Shown one piece after another: positions 28,122 to 36,806 of a stretch of 37,206 nt of DNA; the first letter of the stretch is position 1; the number at the start of each line of letters is the position of its first letter. A model generated the notes under the pieces. That model saw only the letters and a list, made by a program, of their open reading frames with translations, ran no database searches and was not told the DNA's origin. The position numbers and the translations under genes are program-made. The stretch comes from Acidobacteriota bacterium. Its GTDB lineage: Bacteria > Acidobacteriota > Holophagae > Thermotomaculales > Thermotomaculaceae. Location: the NCBI GenBank assembly GCA_027038695.1, contig JALWHA010000133.1, positions 1 through 37,206 of the forward strand, written 5' to 3'.

Positions 28122-28783
28122 ACGAAAAAGAATTGAAAAAATACTGTTCCTGCGTTTCGGAAGTTGTAGCAAGAAGGCTGACTCTTTATTTAAGGTGTTT
28201 TATTCAATTGAAAGAAGAGGGTTACGATTTTGTGTCTTCAAAGGAGTTGGCTGAAAGGTTTAACTTGAACTCCGATTTAATTAGAAAAGATTTTTCATAT
28301 TTCGGCACCTTCGGGAAAAGGGGGGTAGGCTACAACGTTGACGAGATTATTGAAAAGATAAAAATGATTTTAGGTTTGCAAAGGGTTTACAATGTCGCGA
28401 TTGCGGGGGTGGGAAATTTAGGAAAGGCCCTTGCTCATTACCCTAAGTTTAACGAAGGTTCTTTCAGGATTGTGGCCATGTTTGACAGTAATGCAAGAAA
28501 GGTGGGCAGGACGTACGGGGATAATAAAATACCTGTTTTTCATATTAAAGAGTTGCCTGATAAGGTAAGAGAACTTAAGGTTGATATGGGAATAATCGCG
28601 GTACCGGCAAGAGCGGCTCAAAAAGTAGCAGATTTGTTTGTTGAATCGGGAGTAAGAGGAATAATGAACTTTGCCCCGGCAAGGATTTCAGTGCCTGATA
28701 ATGTGAAAACGGTATGTGCCGATTTCAGGGCATTACTTGAAATGCTTGCTTACTATGTTTCAAATTTACAAGAAAATGAATGA
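28118..28783 (+). CDS. rex: Redox-sensing transcriptional repressor Rex
   Basis: RRL.LYLR, SSKELA, IRKDFSYFG.FGKRGVGY, Rossmann GVGNLGKAL, IIAVP..AAQ.VA, GIMNFAP. ATGA overlap with nuoN. Confidence 0.96.
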   Translation: MNEKELKKYCSCVSEVVARRLTLYLRCFIQLKEEGYDFVSSKELAERFNLNSDLIRKDFSYFGTFGKRGVGYNVDEIIEKIKMILGLQRVYNVAIAGVGNLGKALAHYPKFNEGSFRIVAMFDSNARKVGRTYGDNKIPVFHIKELPDKVRELKVDMGIIAVPARAAQKVADLFVESGVRGIMNFAPARISVPDNVKTVCADFRALLEMLAYYVSNLQENE

Positions 28784-30627
28784 GAGATTTTTTTCTAAAA
28801 AACGGATTATTATCTAAACATATTAAAGGATTTTCAGAGAGAGAATCCCAAATAAAGATGGCCGAGAAAATAAGTTCGGCTATTGATAGGTCTTCCCCTC
28901 TGGTAATTGAGGCGCCTACCGGGGTAGGGAAAACCTTTGCCTACCTTCTCCCTATATTTCATAAAGATAAAAAAGCGATTATATCTACCGCCACCATTGT
29001 ATTGCAACACCAACTTTTTGAGAAAGACATCCCTTTAATCTCTGAGTTGTTTGATAAGGACGTTAAGGTGGAAATCTTAAAAGGGAGGCAGAATTACCTC
29101 TGCCTTTTAAGGTTTTTTAATGAAAAAAATAAGACTGATGTTAAAAGGGAAAAAGATTTATATAACCTAATTTCTCAATGGATAGGGTTTACCGAGAAAG
29201 GGGATTTTTCTGAGATTGAGGATGTTTCTGTTTCTGATAGCGCAATAAGAAAGATTAATGCGGATAAAAATTTCTGCACAGGGAAAAACTGTCCTCATTT
29301 TAAGGAATGTTTTTTTTACAGGGCAAGAAAAAGGTGTATTGACGCGGATATAATATTGGTGAATCACCATTTGTTTATTTCTGACCTTGCTATTAAATCT
29401 TCCGATTTCGGTAGCATACTTCCTCCTGTAGATGTGGTTGTTATAGACGAAGCACACAAATTTGAAAATATAGCGTCTGTTCAATTCGGGGAATCATTTT
29501 CATTAAGGATGCTTGCTATTTTTTTTAATCAACTTCCTGCTGAGTTAAGGTTAAAGTATGTACAACAGTTTGATTTCCTCTATGAAAAGGAGAATTTGAA
29601 ACTAAATAAAAATGAACAAGCCGGCAGAATAACAGGTGAACAAAAACGATACTTTAAAATTTTAAAAGAGACCATATCTATGTTAATTGAAGATTTAAAA
29701 CTTATTGACGAAGAGGATTTTGAACTTAAAAACAATTTAGTAAAAAGGGCCGGCAATTTTATTAATTTTGTGGACTTGATTGATAACAAAGACTTTGTTT
29801 CTTTCTATCAAATTGAAGATAAGAGTTTGATGTTTCGCAATATTCCCCTTGATGTTTCAGAAAAATTATCCAATCTTTTTACCGCATACTATCCCTGCGT
29901 AATATTTACCTCCGCAACCCTTTCAGTCGGAAATTCTCTCCAATTTTTTAAAAAAAGCATAGGTCTTGACCGGGCTGAAGAATACATTTTCCCCTCTGTT
30001 TTTAATTATAAGGAAAATACTCTTCTATATGTTCCAATAAATATTCCTGATGTAGCCGCAAACGGTTTTGTGGAAGAATCGGTTGAACATATTGTAGATA
30101 TTATTGAGAAAATCGGGGGAAAAACTTTTCTCCTTTGCACAAGTTTAAGAAACGTTAAGCTTTTTGCCGAATATTTGAAAAAATATAACAATTTGAATGT
30201 ACTTGTTCAGGGGGAAGGGAGTAATGCTTTTTTAATAGAAAGGTTTAAAGAGGAGGAGAATTCCGTTTTAATCGGGAGTTTTTCATTCTGGGAGGGAGTG
30301 GATATAAGGGGGGAAGACCTGTCCTGCGTTATTATAGACAGATTACCTTTTAACAGGCCTGACGACCCGGTATTTAGTGAAAAGTCTTCAAGGATTGAAA
30401 ATTCATTTAAAAATTACGCAATACCTCTTGCGGTGTTACAGTTAAAACAGGGAATGGGAAGGTTGATAAGAGATGAAAACGATAAAGGTGTTTTTATCAT
30501 CCTGGATAAAAGAATCCAGCAAAAATGGTATGGAAGGTTTTTTTATAAAAGTTTATTTGATTTAAATGTTGTACATGAAAAAGGCAAAGTATTAGAGTTT
30601 ATTTATAAAAAAATAATAAATTCTTAA
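28780..30627 (+). CDS. DinG/YoaA family Fe-S ATP-dependent DNA helicase
   Basis: Q motif RESQ, EAPTGVGKT, KGRQNYLC, C-x4-C-x5-C Fe-S ligands, VIDEAH, TSATL, FWEGVD, IDRLPF, QGMGRLIR. Confidence 0.93.
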   Translation: MRDFFLKNGLLSKHIKGFSERESQIKMAEKISSAIDRSSPLVIEAPTGVGKTFAYLLPIFHKDKKAIISTATIVLQHQLFEKDIPLISELFDKDVKVEILKGRQNYLCLLRFFNEKNKTDVKREKDLYNLISQWIGFTEKGDFSEIEDVSVSDSAIRKINADKNFCTGKNCPHFKECFFYRARKRCIDADIILVNHHLFISDLAIKSSDFGSILPPVDVVVIDEAHKFENIASVQFGESFSLRMLAIFFNQLPAELRLKYVQQFDFLYEKENLKLNKNEQAGRITGEQKRYFKILKETISMLIEDLKLIDEEDFELKNNLVKRAGNFINFVDLIDNKDFVSFYQIEDKSLMFRNIPLDVSEKLSNLFTAYYPCVIFTSATLSVGNSLQFFKKSIGLDRAEEYIFPSVFNYKENTLLYVPINIPDVAANGFVEESVEHIVDIIEKIGGKTFLLCTSLRNVKLFAEYLKKYNNLNVLVQGEGSNAFLIERFKEEENSVLIGSFSFWEGVDIRGEDLSCVIIDRLPFNRPDDPVFSEKSSRIENSFKNYAIPLAVLQLKQGMGRLIRDENDKGVFIILDKRIQQKWYGRFFYKSLFDLNVVHEKGKVLEFIYKKIINS

Positions 30628-30668
30628 AAATGTATTAAAATAAATATGGGATAAAAGAAGAGGGAAAA

Positions 30669-31268
30669 ATGGACAAAGAAAGGGATATTGATTTACTTCT
30701 TGCCAATTTAGAAAGGGAAATTAAAAGATTGAGAATTGAATACAACAGGGAACTTGCACATATGTCTGATGTTAATATTGAATTTGCCGAACAAAAAGTG
30801 AAAGAGTTAATTAAGATGTTAAGAAGGCTTCCCTTTAAAAAGTATTCACAGAAGTTCAGGTTTGAAAACCTGCTTGCCAGGTACAATGTTCAGAGGATTA
30901 ATTATAACAGGATGAGAGATGTTCAGGAGAAGAAATACGAAGAGTTAAAGGAAAAAGGGGTGATTACTGTACCATTGCAGGACGCAAAAGAAATTAATAA
31001 AGGAGTAATGCAGAAAGAGGAAAAGGTTGTAATTAAGGATATAGCATCTGAAGAAAAAAAGTTAAAAAAGATATATACTGAGTATAAAAATAGGCTTGAA
31101 TCTCAGCATAAACAGGTAAAAGTGCCCTATGAGGTTTTCAAGAAAAAAGTGTTTGACAGGTTTAAAATGATCCAGGAGAAGCATAGAAACGCCAGATTGC
31201 AGATCCGTATGGTGGAAGAAAACAATAATGTAAAAATAAAAACCAAGGTGGTGAAGGATGAAGAATAG
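30669..31268 (+). CDS. Hypothetical helical protein resembling MXAN_5187 C-terminal-domain family
   Basis: LRIEY...KFRFENLLARY N-terminal helical part, and a C-terminal IY.EY...PYEVF...IQEKH...IRMVEENNNVKIK pattern recalled from that family (not verified by search). Confidence 0.55.
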   Translation: MDKERDIDLLLANLEREIKRLRIEYNRELAHMSDVNIEFAEQKVKELIKMLRRLPFKKYSQKFRFENLLARYNVQRINYNRMRDVQEKKYEELKEKGVITVPLQDAKEINKGVMQKEEKVVIKDIASEEKKLKKIYTEYKNRLESQHKQVKVPYEVFKKKVFDRFKMIQEKHRNARLQIRMVEENNNVKIKTKVVKDEE

Positions 31269-32598
31269 ATATGTTGTTATCGGCGGTATTGCAGCAGGAA
31301 TGAGTGCTGCAAGCAGGATTAGAAAGGTTGAACCTGGTGCGGAGGTTATTGTTTTTGAGAAAGGCGAATTTATTTCATACGGTGCCTGCAGTATGCCTTA
31401 CTATATTTCAAACCCTGACGGGAACTATAAAGATTTAATTGTTTTAACGGTTGAAGACGCTAAAAATAAAAGGGGGATTGATGTTAGGACTAATCACCTT
31501 GTTATTGGTATTTCAGTAAATGAAAGAAGGGTATTTTACAAGGATTTAATAAGCGGGAAGGAGAAATCTATAAACTATGACAGACTCATAATTGCCACGG
31601 GGGCATCTCCGGTTAAACCTCCAATTGCGGGGGTTGATAATGAAAATGTGTTTTCTTTGAGGACATTAGATGACGGGATTGCTATAAAGAAATTTATTGC
31701 GGAGAACAATCCCAAAAAAGCGGTTATAGTAGGTGCAGGGTATATAGGTTTGGAGATGGCGGAGAGTTTTAGAGAAAGAGACATGGATGTAACCATTCTT
31801 GAAATGCTTGAAAAACCTATGCCAAATTACAATCCTGAGATTATAGATTTAATTTTGAAAACCCTTGAAGATAACGGAGTGAAAGCATATTTTAATACTA
31901 AAGTGGAACGAATTGACGATAAAAAAGTTGTAACCGATAAGGCTGAATTTGACGCTGATATTGTCCTCCTTGCAACAGGTGTAAAGCCTAATTCCAAACT
32001 TGCAAAAGAATCAGGCATAGAATTGGGTGTTAACGAAGCCATTGCGGTGGACAGCAAAATGGAAACGTCGGTTTCGGGGATTTATGCTGCGGGAGATTGT
32101 GCCGAAAGCATTCACAGAATAACCAATAGAAAAATCTATGTGCCTTTAGGAACGGTAGCAAACAAACACGGCAGGGTAGCGGGCTTAAATGCAGCAAGGG
32201 AGTTAACAAGATTCCCGGGGGCAATAAAAAGCGCCGAATTTAAACTCTTTGACAAAGAGGTTGCAAGTTGCGGTTTAACTTTAAGTGAAGCGTTTGAACA
32301 AGGTTTTGACCCTGTTGAGGTTTCGATAACGGCTTCTTCGTCGGCACACGGTTACAAATACAAATACCCAATTCAGGTTGCCATGATAGGCGATAAAAAA
32401 ACAGGGAAGTTGTTAGGTTGTCAGATGATAGGGAAAACCGGGGTTGCTCATAGGATAAATATAGTTGCGACAGCGATATTTAACGGAAATACTGTAAAGG
32501 AATTTTCTATGTTTGATCTTGCATATGCGCCGCCGTTCTCCCCAGTATGGGATCCTGTTTTAGTGGCGGCAAATGTTTTAGGCGGAAAATTAAAGTAG
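31258..32598 (+). CDS. CoA-disulfide reductase / NADH oxidase family flavoprotein
   Basis: GGIAAGMSAA (FAD), single redox Cys in SYGACSMPYY, GAGYIGLE (NAD(P)H), YAAGDC, DLAYAPPFSPVWDP. Confidence 0.9.
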   Translation: MKNRYVVIGGIAAGMSAASRIRKVEPGAEVIVFEKGEFISYGACSMPYYISNPDGNYKDLIVLTVEDAKNKRGIDVRTNHLVIGISVNERRVFYKDLISGKEKSINYDRLIIATGASPVKPPIAGVDNENVFSLRTLDDGIAIKKFIAENNPKKAVIVGAGYIGLEMAESFRERDMDVTILEMLEKPMPNYNPEIIDLILKTLEDNGVKAYFNTKVERIDDKKVVTDKAEFDADIVLLATGVKPNSKLAKESGIELGVNEAIAVDSKMETSVSGIYAAGDCAESIHRITNRKIYVPLGTVANKHGRVAGLNAARELTRFPGAIKSAEFKLFDKEVASCGLTLSEAFEQGFDPVEVSITASSSAHGYKYKYPIQVAMIGDKKTGKLLGCQMIGKTGVAHRINIVATAIFNGNTVKEFSMFDLAYAPPFSPVWDPVLVAANVLGGKLK

Positions 32599-32615
32599 TT
32601 AACTTTTGTTTAAGA

Positions 32616-32644
32616 TTGACAGTATTTGCTTATTTTGGTATGTT
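32616..32644 (+). promoter_or_regulatory. Putative sigma70 promoter for the solute-binding lipoprotein
   Basis: TTGACA (32616-32621), 17 bp spacer, TATGTT (32639-32644), with an extended TG; GGAGG RBS before ATG 32679. Confidence 0.7.
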
Positions 32645-32678
32645 TTTTCTGTAATATATTAATTAATCGGGAGGAAAA

Positions 32679-33866
32679 ATGAAAAAGTTACTTGCGGTAA
32701 TAATGGCTATCGGGTTGATGGTAGCGGTAGTATCCACAACAGGTTGTAAAAAGGATAAGACTATTAGAATCGGGGCTATTGTTCCCCTGTCAGGTGTTCT
32801 TGCTCCTATAGGTAAAGATATTCAATGTGCTATTGAAATAGCAAAAATGCATGTAAACGCCGAAGGCGGGATTAAAGGTAAGAAAGTTGAAGTGTATTAT
32901 GAAGACTCAATGGGAATGCCGGATAAAGGCAAGGATGCATACGAAAAACTTGTAAAAGAAAACAAGGTAAGCGTAATTGTGGGTCCGTGTGCAAGTGAAG
33001 TTGCTCTTGCTGTTGCTCCTTTGGCTCAAGAATATAAAGTACCTTTTGTATCTCCTACTGCTTCAACACCGAAGCTTACTCAAGAAGGCAATGATTATAC
33101 TTTCAGGGTATATCCGTCAGATACCATTGAGGCTAAAAAACTTGCTGATGTAATGTTTAATAAGATGCTTATAAGGTCTGTAGTAGTTATTGCCGTTAAA
33201 AACCAGTATGGCTACGGTGTTTCCAACGAGATTTTAAGGATTGCAAGAAATACAGCCGATATGGATGTAAAAGACGTTATAAGGTATTCTCCCGATGCCA
33301 TTTATGATGATTTTGTGACAATTGCAAAAAAGGTTAAGGAATTAAACCCCGAAGCGCTTGTTATGTGTTCATATCCCGACGATGCAAAGATGCTTCTTAA
33401 AGCCTTACAGGAAGAAAATGTTAATATTTTTAAGTTTGCTTCTTCTTCAATCGGAAGATCCGCTTTTCTCAAACAGTTGGGGGATACCGCAGTAGGCCTT
33501 GTTTACGCTAAAGCCCAGTTTGACCCGAAAAGCACAAGGGAAGATATAAAGAGATTTGTAAAAGATTTCGTTGACAGATGCGGCCATGAGCCTGATGTAT
33601 ATGCCGCAAACGCATATGACGCATTGAGGATTGCGGCCAAAGCAAATGAAAAATCTCCGAGATCAGATGATGTCTTGAGAAGGTTGCAGCAAACCAAGGG
33701 ATATAAGGGTATTGCAGGGGATGTTACATTTGACAGGTTTGGGGATGTTGTAAAATTCCCGAAGATATTTGTTGTCAGGCAGGATAAAGACGGAAATATA
33801 TTCAGTACAATTATTACTGATGAAGATATAAACAAGGTTAAAGACGCTATCTTGAATAGAAAGTAA
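32679..33866 (+). CDS. LivK/LivJ-like (type I periplasmic binding fold) lipoprotein
   Basis: Lipoprotein signal ...VVSTTG-C; IRIGAIVPLSG..A..G, VNAEGGIKGKKVE...ED, GP.AS, SPTASTP.LT, AYDA, GIAGDVTFD. Confidence 0.88.
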   Translation: MKKLLAVIMAIGLMVAVVSTTGCKKDKTIRIGAIVPLSGVLAPIGKDIQCAIEIAKMHVNAEGGIKGKKVEVYYEDSMGMPDKGKDAYEKLVKENKVSVIVGPCASEVALAVAPLAQEYKVPFVSPTASTPKLTQEGNDYTFRVYPSDTIEAKKLADVMFNKMLIRSVVVIAVKNQYGYGVSNEILRIARNTADMDVKDVIRYSPDAIYDDFVTIAKKVKELNPEALVMCSYPDDAKMLLKALQEENVNIFKFASSSIGRSAFLKQLGDTAVGLVYAKAQFDPKSTREDIKRFVKDFVDRCGHEPDVYAANAYDALRIAAKANEKSPRSDDVLRRLQQTKGYKGIAGDVTFDRFGDVVKFPKIFVVRQDKDGNIFSTIITDEDINKVKDAILNRK

Positions 33867-33886
33867 ATTTTAATATTTTTTTAAGT

Positions 33887-33912
33887 GAGGCCCCCTGTTC
33901 GGGGGCTTTTTT
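33887..33912 (+). terminator. Intrinsic terminator at the convergence point
   Basis: (GAG)GCCCCC-TGTTC-GGGGGC followed by TTTTTT. Confidence 0.8.
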
Positions 33913-34687
33913 ATTTAAGTACCTTTTCAATTAACTCATTGTGGATTAAAGAATTTGTAGCAACAATATTTTCACCGTAAATAGAAAATTTCCCTCCGGA
34001 GTAATTGGTGACTTTCCCTCCGGCTTCTTCAACAATTAAAACACCTGCAGCGGTATCCCACGGTTTTAGCCCTATTTCAAAGTATCCGTCAAGCCTGCCG
34101 CATGCTATATAGCACAGATCAACAGCAGCGGCGCCTCCTCTTCTTAACCCCTGGCCGTTTAAGACGGCTTTTTTCATTTTTTCAAGCAGGCCGTCAATAA
34201 CTTTAGCCCTGAAGTATGGCAACCCTGTAACCAGAAGTGATTTTTTTAACTCGGTAACCGTTGAAACCCTTATTCTTCTCTCGTTCAAAAAAGCACCTTC
34301 CCCTTTTTTTGCAAAAAAGGTTTCTTTTAAAAAAGGAATTTCTACCAATGCTGCAATTGTTTCTCCGTTTTTCTGCAGGGCACAAGAAAATGCAAAGAAC
34401 GGGTATCCGTGTGCAAAATTTGTGGTTCCGTCCAACGGGTCTATAATCCACAGATACTCGCTCTTTAAAAAGTTTTTTGTTTCTCCGGATTCCTCCGCTA
34501 ATATGGAATCTTTAGGAAATTGAGATAATATCTTTTCAATTGCAGTCTTCTCGCAGTCTTTATCCGCTTTCGTTAAAATATCTACGCTTCCTTTAAATTC
34601 ATAGCTTTCAATTTTACCGTAATGGTTTAATAGTATATTTGAGGCAATTCTCCCCAATTCTTTAAGTAGATGCACCCTTTCTTCCAT
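33911..34687 (-). CDS. suhB: Inositol monophosphatase family protein
   Basis: ILAEES, WIIDPLDGTTNFAHG, GAAAVDLCYIACGRLDGYFE, LKPWDTAAG.LIVEEAGG. Confidence 0.93.
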   Translation of the reverse strand: MEERVHLLKELGRIASNILLNHYGKIESYEFKGSVDILTKADKDCEKTAIEKILSQFPKDSILAEESGETKNFLKSEYLWIIDPLDGTTNFAHGYPFFAFSCALQKNGETIAALVEIPFLKETFFAKKGEGAFLNERRIRVSTVTELKKSLLVTGLPYFRAKVIDGLLEKMKKAVLNGQGLRRGGAAAVDLCYIACGRLDGYFEIGLKPWDTAAGVLIVEEAGGKVTNYSGGKFSIYGENIVATNSLIHNELIEKVLK

Positions 34688-34698
34688 AATGCCTCCTT

Positions 34699-36051
34699 TT
34701 ATGTTTTTTTAGATTTGTAGTAATTTAAGTAATTTTCTGTTCTATAATTAACGTACATTATCAGGGAATACGCTATATTTAAAAGAGCCATTGACAGGAA
34801 TATTAATTCGGGTTTTTCCGGATAAAATTTAACAAATGTATAGCAAAACCCGAGCCTGACCAACCAGAAGGAAATTATATTTGCTTTAAGAGGTACGGCC
34901 ATATAACCTGCGGCATAGTATATACCGACGAAAACAAAAGCCATTGATAAGAACATTTCGGTGAAAGCAATAGTTTTTAGCAGTTTTGTCATATAGTAAA
35001 TTACGGTTGTATCTTGAGTGAACAATCTTGCAATCTGCCGTGCTAAAGTGAAAAACAATATACCGAAGATCAATCCTGTTAATGCCGAGAATGACAGAAG
35101 TTTTCTACAAATTTCTTTGATTCTGTCAAACCTTTCAGCCCCTAAATAATGTCCGACAACAGTGGTTGCAACAGTTGAATAGGCAATTGACGAAAAAAGT
35201 GACAGAGATTCTGCATACATTCCCGCATGTAGAGATGCTAACACCTTTGTCCCTAAAGTGGCCACTAATGCAATAAAAATTAAAGACGATACAGTCCGGC
35301 TAATACCCATAATAGATGCGACAAACCCTACTTCAAGTATCTGCTTGATTATCTGAAAATCAGGCATAAAACTTTTGTGGAAGGTGATTCCGTATTTCTT
35401 TGAAAGAAGAATAATAACTCCTAAAATACTGCCTATAATTCTTGCTGTCAATGTTGCGTATGCCGCACCCTTCACCCCCAAAAAAGGAAAGCCGAAATGC
35501 CCGAATATCATTGCATAATCTAAAAAAACATTAATGATATTGCTAACGGCCATTAAAAAGAAAGAAGGTTTTACATACCCCGCTCCCCTTAAAAGCGAAT
35601 TGATCATAAAGTTAACAAAGACAAAAAGCAGTGAAAATGCGCTTATTTTGAGGTATGCGCTTGCATCGGGAAATATTTGAGAATTGGTATTAATGGCAAG
35701 CAAAAGGGGTTTTGTGAAAAAGAACAATGGGAAGAAAAAAATAACAGACAAAGCGGACCCTAAAATAAGGGATTGATTAACGGTTTTGTTCCCTTCTTGT
35801 TGTTTTTTAGCCCCTAACTGTCTTGCGATTAAAGAGGTTGAACCGATTGAAACCGAAGCCATAAAGGCAAATACGAACATTAAAATAGTATTTGACTGGC
35901 CTACCCCCGCAAGAGCGTTTGCGCCTAATTTCCCGACAAAAATTGTGTCTATAATCCCGTAAAGGGATTGAAGCATCATTGTCGCAAAAATAGGGATATA
36001 AAGGTAAAAAATAGTCTTGGTTATGTTTTCGGAGAATATCCTTTTATTCAT
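34699..36051 (-). CDS. MATE family efflux transporter
   Basis: LQSLYGIIDTIFVGKLGANALAGVG, LRGAG, NVFLDYAMIFG.FGFP.LGVKGAAYAT; about 12 TM segments. Confidence 0.92.
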   Translation of the reverse strand: MNKRIFSENITKTIFYLYIPIFATMMLQSLYGIIDTIFVGKLGANALAGVGQSNTILMFVFAFMASVSIGSTSLIARQLGAKKQQEGNKTVNQSLILGSALSVIFFFPLFFFTKPLLLAINTNSQIFPDASAYLKISAFSLLFVFVNFMINSLLRGAGYVKPSFFLMAVSNIINVFLDYAMIFGHFGFPFLGVKGAAYATLTARIIGSILGVIILLSKKYGITFHKSFMPDFQIIKQILEVGFVASIMGISRTVSSLIFIALVATLGTKVLASLHAGMYAESLSLFSSIAYSTVATTVVGHYLGAERFDRIKEICRKLLSFSALTGLIFGILFFTLARQIARLFTQDTTVIYYMTKLLKTIAFTEMFLSMAFVFVGIYYAAGYMAVPLKANIISFWLVRLGFCYTFVKFYPEKPELIFLSMALLNIAYSLIMYVNYRTENYLNYYKSKKT

Positions 36052-36806
36052 AAAATATTGGTTAGTTCTTTAAAGGAGTTAACGACTATTATTTTCTCCG
36101 AATCAATTAAATCTTCTTCCTCATATGCCCATTGTTTTTCTTTTGTGATAAGAATTCCGTACATTCCCGCTTTTACCGCAGGGTTAATATCTGATTTAGG
36201 TGAGTTGCCTACCATCACGCTTTTTTCGGGATTTAATTTTAACCTAACTATTAAATCCTTGTAATGTTTTTCCGTTTTATCGTTTAATACTATGCAGGCA
36301 TTAAAGTATTGTGAAAGCCCGGATCGTTGAACTTTTTTTAGTTGTTCTTCCTCTTCTCCTTTGGTTAATAGAATCAGTTTGTACCTTTTTTTCAAATACT
36401 CTAAGGTTTCTTTAACTCCGGGATAAGGTATTGAAGGCTGATTATATATAAAGGTTTTTATTTTTTCCAAAAAATCCTTTTCAGTTTCAGAAGTGCCCTT
36501 ATTTTTTTGTTTATAAAAGTGTTCAATAGTGAATTCCATTGCTTTTTTAAAACCGTGGCTGCCGAATCCTATCTCTTCAAGCCTTTTGGTATCAAAATGG
36601 TCTAAATAATAATTTACTTCTTCCCTGTTAAATTCCCGCTTTTCCATAAAGTTAAGAAAGGTTTCCCTTGCTTTTTCAAAATAGAAATAATTTTCCCATA
36701 ATGTATCGTCTGCATCAACTAAAATAACTTCAAAAGGTTTTTTTTTGCTATTTGTATCCCTTGTGGAGCAGGGATATCCCGAATGGGAGTTTGAAAAATT
36801 TAACAT
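36048..36806 (-). CDS. HAD superfamily hydrolase
   Basis: Motif I DADDTLW, PYPGV.ETL, LLTKG, K, MVGNSPKSDI.P. Start uncertain: the only canonical in-frame start, ATG 36806, overlaps ubiE. Confidence 0.85.
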   Translation of the reverse strand: MLNFSNSHSGYPCSTRDTNSKKKPFEVILVDADDTLWENYFYFEKARETFLNFMEKREFNREEVNYYLDHFDTKRLEEIGFGSHGFKKAMEFTIEHFYKQKNKGTSETEKDFLEKIKTFIYNQPSIPYPGVKETLEYLKKRYKLILLTKGEEEEQLKKVQRSGLSQYFNACIVLNDKTEKHYKDLIVRLKLNPEKSVMVGNSPKSDINPAVKAGMYGILITKEKQWAYEEEDLIDSEKIIVVNSFKELTNIL

